Assembly: GCA_001275005.1 (NCBI GenBank)
Contig: JWZX01003128.1
Location: 1 to 40,656, forward strand
Origin: Chrysochromulina tobinii
Lineage: Eukaryota
Direction: 5' to 3'
Length of the DNA stretch: 40,656 bases
This document shows positions 34,365 to 40,656 of the stretch, piece after piece (within the stretch, counting starts at the first letter, position 1; each line of letters opens with the position of its first letter). The notes beneath the pieces were generated by a model. That model saw nothing but the letters and a program-made list of their open reading frames with translations. It did not search any database and was not told where the DNA came from. The translations under genes and the position numbers were made by a program.

Positions 34365-36382
34365 ATGGTCGTGCACGACAAACTCTCGAGCGCGCTGCGC
34401 ACCTTTGCGACTGCCAACCCGTTCTCCACGCTCGAGGAGAGCGGCCGCGTGCTCTCCACGCTGCTCAGCAACCTGGCGCGTGAGGACACGCCCAAGTTTC
34501 GCCGCGTCAACCTGACGAATGCCAAGATCAAGGCCGCCGTGCTCGGCGCGGCGGGCGCCCGCGAGGTGCTCATCGCCGCGGGCTTTTCGGCTGTCGAGGA
34601 CGGTTCGGCGCTCGAGATGACCGGCGACGGCGCCTCGGCGCGCGCCGCCGCCGCCTCCGCTGCGCTCGACGAGGCGCTCGTCGCCGCCGGTGGCCCGTTC
34701 GCGCTTCGGCAGCGCCTGGCGCACGAGGCGCGCTGCTGCTGTGGCGGCGCCCCCGGCGAGGCTGGCACGGTGCTCACCGGCGGCATGGACAACCTGGTCA
34801 AGGTCTGGTCAACCGCGCTGCCGCTGCAGGGCGCCGCAGAGCCCTTGCGAGTCTTCGTCGCGCATGAGAATGCGCGCGGCGCGGCGGGCGTGCTGGCGCT
34901 GTGCTCGCTGCCAGGCGGCGCGGTCGCCTCGGCGGGCCGCGACGGCAAGGTCGTGGTGTGGGATGCCTCCGACGTGGCGGGAGGCGGCGGCGCGGGCGGC
35001 GCAGTGCCGCTCGCAATCCTGATCACTCACGGAGAGCCGCCAGGAAAGGAAGTCTCGAACAAGCAGGTGGTGACTTGCCTGGCGGGAGAAGGCGGAGATG
35101 CGGGCGGCGCGCTGTGCTCCGGCGGCTGGGATCAGACCGTCCGGGTCTGGCATCCGCTCCCCGGAGGAGCAACCCCGACCCCGCGGCGCTGCTCCATGAG
35201 CAAGCCGTGCTCGCCATTTGCGTGCTGCCGGACGGTCGACTGCTCAGCGGCGCGGGCGATGGCACCGTTGGCGTGTGGCGCCGGCCCGTCTCGAGCGCCG
35301 TCTCGAGCGCCGGTTTCGTCAAGGAGGCGGAGTGCAGGGTGCAGACGGTCGTCAGAGGCCTTGCGCCGTACGCCGGCGGCTTCGCGCAGGCACGCTGATG
35401 ACCTCTGATGACCACTGATTACCACTGATGACCTCTGATGACCACTGATGACCTCTGATTACCGCCGTACGCCGACGGCTTCGCGCAGGTCGGCAACGAC
35501 GGCGTCCTCCGTCTCTGGGCGCTCGACACGGCGCTCGTAGCTGGCGCGCCGCGTCTCGCGTGCAGGTGCGCTGATGACCTCTGATGACCACTGATGACCT
35601 ATGATGACCTATGATGACCTCTAATGACCACTGATGACCATTGATGACCACTGATGACCACTGATGACCTCTAATGTGCAGCACGCCCTCGGTCGGCTGC
35701 TACCTCTTCGCCGTCGTCAACTGCACGCCCGACGGCGCCGCCCGATACGGCGCGCCCGAGCAGCTCGCCGTCGGCGGTGATGATGGCTGCGTGCGCATCT
35801 GGCGCGCTGCCGGCCAGGGCGCGGCGATGCCCAATACGGCGCCGGGCGCGATGCCGACGGCCCTCGAGTGCATGCAGACCGTGCGCGTCCCGGGCGAGGT
35901 CTTCGGGCTATGCCTCCTATCCGACGGCGACCTGATCGCGGCGTGCGATGCCGCCGGAGCCGTCGTCTTCACGCGGGCTCCCGGCCGCGCCGCACCACCG
36001 GCCGCCCAAAAATCACTCGCCACCGAGGCGGACGCCTTCGCGACGCCCGCGACGAGCGCCGCCAGCGCCGCTGGCGCCGCTGGCGCCGCTGGTGCCGCTG
36101 GCGGCGGCAACTTGGCGCGTCCGAAACAGATGGCCGCGGATGGCAAGCAATATGACTTCGTCTTTCCGGTCGAGATGGGTGGCGGCAAGGCACAGATCTT
36201 TTGGAACGTCGGCGACGACATACGGACCGTCGCCGCACAGGTACGCTGATTACCACTGATCACCTCTGATACCACACTGATTACCCTCCGGACCGGCCCC
36301 GCACAGTTTGCTCTGCGGAACGGCGTCGGTCTCGATGAGCTCTCCTCCATTGAAGAGTTCATGCGCATGGCGGCTGGCGGCA

Positions 36383-36421
<39 letters not shown>

Positions 36422-36591
36422 TGCCCATGGAGCAGGCTCCGCCGCCGCCCGCGCCCCCGCTCGGCGCGGCTGAGATGCAATCTCGCGTGCAGCAGCTGGT
36501 GACCATGGGGTTCGATGCACAGCGGTCACTGGCGGCCCTGCAGAAGGCGGGTGGGGACGTGGAGGTGGCACTCGGCGTGCTGCTCGGCTGA
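34365..36591 (+). CDS. PUB-WD40-PFU-UBA protein (PLAA/Doa1-related); introns 35390-35488 (GC-AG), 35566-35681, 36241-36306; frameshift near 35180
   Basis: PUB LLSNL...PKFRRVNLTN...VLIAAGF; WD motifs TGGMDNLVKVW, SGGWDQTVRVW; PFU-like DGKQYDFVFPVE...WN...AAQF; UBA QLVTMGF...AL...GGDVEVAL. Confidence 0.75.
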
Positions 36592-36700
36592 GCGCGTGAC
36601 CGCGCAACGTGGAAGGCGATGGTTCAGTGTTGGGAGTCAATTGCGGATTCGTAGTGCACAGTACGGAGAGTTCGCTCATGACGACGCGGGAAATAAATAA

Positions 36701-37201
36701 ATGAGATTCAGCTTGTGGGCGCTGCTCGCGCTCGACGTCCACGCGTTCGGTTCGAGCTGCCAACTGTCGACAGCGAGCTCCCGAAGCAGGCGAGCCGCGA
36801 CGAGGCTCTCGGATTCAGCAGCTCCACCTGGGTCGTATGTAGGCTTCGTGCAATCTAAGCTCAGGGCGGGTATTCCAGGGGTCGTGCATTGCCACGTGCG
36901 CGATTGCAGCGACGGCCACACGGTCACGGGCTTTTCGGATGGCAGCAAGCGGGCGCTGGCCAAGGATGGCATACAGCTCGAGGTGCTCATCGTCGCGAGC
37001 GCCTTTGAAGGTGTGAGCACGATGAAGAGGCACCGGACCGTCCACGCGTGCCTCGACGAGGAGTTCAAGCGCAACGCCATACACTCAATCGAGCTCAAGA
37101 CGCTTACCGCCGAGCAGTGGGAGGACATGGGGGGACCTCCCACCTACGCGGCGATGGCGGCCAGCCAAAGGCAAGCGGCCTTCAAGATTGAGACATCTTG
37201 A
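36701..37201 (+). CDS. bolA: BolA family protein with signal peptide and probable plastid transit peptide
   Basis: IVASAFEGVSTMKRHRTVH...IHSIELKTLTAEQW is the BolA signature. N-terminus MRFSLWALLALDVHA-F followed by an S/R-rich stretch. Confidence 0.85.
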   Translation: MRFSLWALLALDVHAFGSSCQLSTASSRSRRAATRLSDSAAPPGSYVGFVQSKLRAGIPGVVHCHVRDCSDGHTVTGFSDGSKRALAKDGIQLEVLIVASAFEGVSTMKRHRTVHACLDEEFKRNAIHSIELKTLTAEQWEDMGGPPTYAAMAASQRQAAFKIETS

Positions 37202-38000
37202 CGTCTAGATGCCCCTGTGGGCGCCACAGAGCCCTGCTGTATCTCTTTGGCCGCGTGTGCTGGGGCGCAGGGACCGCGCGCGAGTCGCGCGCATTCATGG
37301 TAGCGGAGGTTTATAGTTTTGTCGTGTTGCGCGCGGCTAGGTTACGTTACTCGACTCAGGGTGCCGGGAGACGGCCGGGCAAACTTCCGGGCACGGGTTC
37401 GACGATTAAAAAGTTGAGAACCCCGCTCCCCGGGGGACGGTAGCGCCCGTGAACGGTCGTGAGCGAGCCGGACCGGACGGTACGCCGGCTCTACGCAACG
37501 CGAACACGGCGTGTCGCTATCGGCTTCTGTATTGAGTATTCGTTTTGATTATTTCTTGAATTGACTCCTGTGTCACGCGGGGGCGTCTACGGGTCTTACG
37601 GTCCGCGGGCGCTCGGGACGGGATTTACGGGAAGCGCTCCCGGCAATTGGGTATTGGCTCCCGCCCTCCCGGGCGCCCGGACCACAGGGCGCCCCCCTCG
37701 ACCCGGGCAGGAGGTAGAATTGCAATACCATCATGCCCCATGGTAGCTGATCCTGATCGGTTTGCCCCAATCTATGCCACGCGTCACAAATGAATGCATG
37801 AGATCCCCGATGCCGGCTGCTGCATGCTGCGCCAGAGCTTTTCCCGTGGTGCGCAATCCAGTTCCGCCAAGAGTTCGCCCATCACAGCGCCCGCCCATCA
37901 CAGCTCCCACCCATCACAGCGCCAGCCCACCACAGCGCCTGCCCACCACGGCGCTCGTCCATCACACGCCCTAGTGGCGTTTAGGTAGGGGGCTCCCTAA

Positions 38001-40391
38001 TTAGGTAGGGGGCTTCCACTCAGTGTCGGCGAAGGGCGCCGTCCCGGCAGGGATGCGCATCTGCGCGTCAAAGAGTCGCAGAGCGGCCCTCCACTTGCCC
38101 TCGCGGTTGGTCGTACCCTGCGGCGTCGCGAGATCGACCGTCTCCACCTTAATCATCCGAGATCATACGAGATCATACGAGATCATACGAGATCATCCGA
38201 GGCAATCAGGGCACACCTTCGGCGTCGCGAGATCGACCGTCTCCACCTTGATCATCGTCTCGTTGTTGTCGGCGGCCAGCTTGTTGAGAGTGATGTACCT
38301 GAAGAAGGAGGCAGCGTCAGATGCGATCAGCCGCCGTCATCAGCAGTCGTCACTAGCAGAATGTGTGGTCATCAGATGTACCCGTCGGTGCCATAGCCCT
38401 CCATCGGAGCGAGGTGTAGCGTGCCGCCAAAGTACTTTGCGTATAGTCGCGCGAGCGGCAGCCCCAGCCCCACCTGAGATGATGAGATGCGATGAGATGC
38501 AATTAGATACGATGAGATGCGATGAGATGCGATGAGATGCGGCAGCCCCAGCCCTACCTTCCAATTCGCACCGCCGACCTTAATCATCCGAGAACATCCG
38601 AGATAATCCGAGATCATCCGAGGCAATCAGGGCACACCTTCCAATTCGCATCGCCCACCGAGACCGGAAGGACTTTTCGGTCAGTCGCCACCTTCCAATT
38701 ACGGTCCGTGTGCATGCTGCGATAGGACCAGATGTCCGCAAGACCCGAGCGCGGCATTCCGCCAGCCTGGTCCGCCACTTTGATGGTCACATTCGCGTCG
38801 CTCACCTGAGGATGGAGGCCAACCGATCCCAAATTAGGTCATCATCGGGCGAGATCAGGCGAGATCCACCGCTCACCGCCACGATGACGCGGATGGGGAC
38901 CGATTCCAAATCGACAGTGCGCCCAGAGCCAGATTGTGACGAAACGTGACGAAGCGTCGCTTTGGAGGCGTTCGAGAGCAGCTCGCCCACTACGAAGCGC
39001 AGGTGGCTCGGCACGTACCTGATGGCGGACGCAATCAGATGCCATCAGAGCTCATCAGAGCTCATCAGAGCTCATCGGAGCTCATCGGAGCTCATCAGAG
39101 CTCATCAAGCGCAGGCGAATCGGTGCTTACGTGAAGCTATGCGAAGGGTCGCCGTGGACGTGAATGGGAGGCAATCAAGGAGTTTCGTCAAGATGCGTAC
39201 GTGAAGCTATGCGAAGGGTCGCCGTGAACATGAATGGGAGGCGCGGCCCCAAACTGGGCACGAGTCCATTCACTCATCTCGTCGGCGAGCTCCTTGCACA
39301 CGGCCACAGGCGAGCACGCGAGCTCGATGATACCAGCGTACCTGATGAAGGAGGCCATCAGGGAGGCCATCAGAGGGCATCAAAGGCCATCCATGGCCAT
39401 CAGAGCTCATCAGAGCTCATCAGAGCTCATCAGAGGCCATCAGAGCTCATCAGAGGCCATCGGCGCACCCCTCCCTTGGCTGCCGCGCGCCCAAATTAGG
39501 GAGGCAATCAGAGCTCATCAGAGGCCATCGGCGCACCCCTCCCGCGGCTGCCGCGCGCCCAAAAAATGCTCCGTCAGAAACCGGAGACCCAATCTGGCCG
39601 AGAAGATCGCGTCCAGATGCCGGTCGATCGCGAGCTTCAGGGCCGCGTCGAGCCCCGACGAGCCGTTGGCCTCTGATGAGCTTTGATTAAGTGACTCCTC
39701 CACACGGAGGTGTGAAGGAGACTCCTCGGTGTGAAGCGACGTGAGCGCCTCGGCGAACGTGCGTCGCGTCTCGCCCTCCTACTCCGCAACACCGCAGGAG
39801 CTCCACCAATCAGTGTGGCCATCGGACGCAATCAGGCGCAATCAAGGGGAAGACCTCCACCTGCTCCTCAAAGCGCAGGCGCAAGCGGCCCGCGAACTCC
39901 AGCTCGTCGCCCGCGTTGGTCATGCGCGGCTGCTCAAGGAGAAAGAGGAGGCGCTGCCAGTAGGCCGTCGTGAGCAGCTGCACCGCGGGCTGGCGTGCCA
40001 GCTCCGAGGGCACCGCCAGGAGCAGAGAGAGGATGTGCGCTCTGCGTGCCAGGAGCTCACGCCGCACAAACTTTGCGTTGAGCAGCGCTTGCTCCGCCGA
40101 GCGAGCCTGCATCTCGGCCGCACGTTGCAGTGTGCGGATGGACACCGGTGTGGGCGGCAGGAGCTCTGTGAGCCTCGCGATGGTCTCGCGACACGGCGGT
40201 GCATGGCGCATCGCAAGCAGCTGGCTCGTGAGCTCGGGCAGCGCCAAAGTGCTGCTGCTGCCGCCGCTGCTGCTGCCGAGCTGCCGCACGGCGGCACGGG
40301 CCGAGCGATGGCAGTCGAGACTGCTGCTGCCGAGCTGTGCTACACGGGCCGTACGATGGGGAGCCAAGAGCAAGGTGCGCACGGTAGCCAT
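38001..40391 (-). CDS. PDK: Mitochondrial pyruvate dehydrogenase kinase / BCKD-kinase family protein; introns 39779-39860, 39342-39536, 39019-39200, 38806-38876, 38474-38637 (possibly split by microexon 38558-38578), 38299-38381, 38118-38216
   Basis: Spliced product contains [26 protein letters not shown]...[15 protein letters not shown] and [16 protein letters not shown]...MEGYGTD. R/S/A-rich presequence. Confidence 0.85.
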
Positions 40392-40579
40392 CCTCCTCAG
40401 GCCCTCTCGTCTTACTCATTGTTTTTGTTCTCGATTCCGGAGAATTACGAAAAATTATAAAAAAGTTGAATCAGCGACCCGCCACCCTTACACCGCTGGG
40501 AAAGCACCGACACTTTTGTGACTCAATACGAAGCGCACTTGCGCATCGTTTTCGAGACACGAGTGAGGGGGGAGCACGC

Positions 40580-40656
40580 TTAGTACTCCTCGCCCTCCTC
40601 CTCGCCCTCGCCCTCGGCCGACTCGGCGCCGACCTCCTCGTAGTCCTTCTCGAGGG
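40580..40656 (-). CDS. TUBA: Alpha-tubulin, 3' end only
   Basis: Reverse strand reads LEKDYEEVGAESAEGEGEEEGEEY-TAA. Confidence 0.97.
   Translation of the reverse strand, partial: LEKDYEEVGAESAEGEGEEEGEEY

Noticed and set aside
14493..39860. Classic MITE-type introner family with terminal inverted repeats and fixed target-site duplication
   Set aside because: No terminal inverted repeats were found, echo lengths vary from about 6 to 80 nt, and intron bodies are not one homogeneous family; only modules are shared.

Overview
GC-rich, gene-dense eukaryotic nuclear DNA, not prokaryotic. Spliceosomal introns, signal-plus-transit N-termini and alpha-tubulin point to an alga with a complex plastid; the repeat-filled intron style resembles haptophytes such as Chrysochromulina (inference). 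I can support about 21 protein-coding genes: DUF1279/FAM210-like, tandem DUF1538, three SGNH-type hydrolases, a TylF-like methyltransferase, adjacent MAPEG and GST genes, a long RING-ankyrin-WD40 gene, a GT-A glycosyltransferase-like gene, a coiled-coil gene, a cNMP-domain gene, a Brinker-like HTH, a secreted CX5R phosphatase, a PUB-WD40-PFU-UBA protein, BolA, a PDK/BCKDK kinase, two hypotheticals and the 3' end of alpha-tubulin. The main signal is the introns. Most of the ~35 I reconstructed by hand carry direct-repeat 'echoes' of the flanking exon, in three cases of the fully spliced junction. They are filled with strand-oriented, mostly 10-nt-period repeats and share splice-site cassettes across unrelated genes. 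This suggests an active duplication-plus-filler route of intron creation or remodelling. All gene models are manual and unverified by RNA data. No rRNA, tRNA, CRISPR or transposase was seen.
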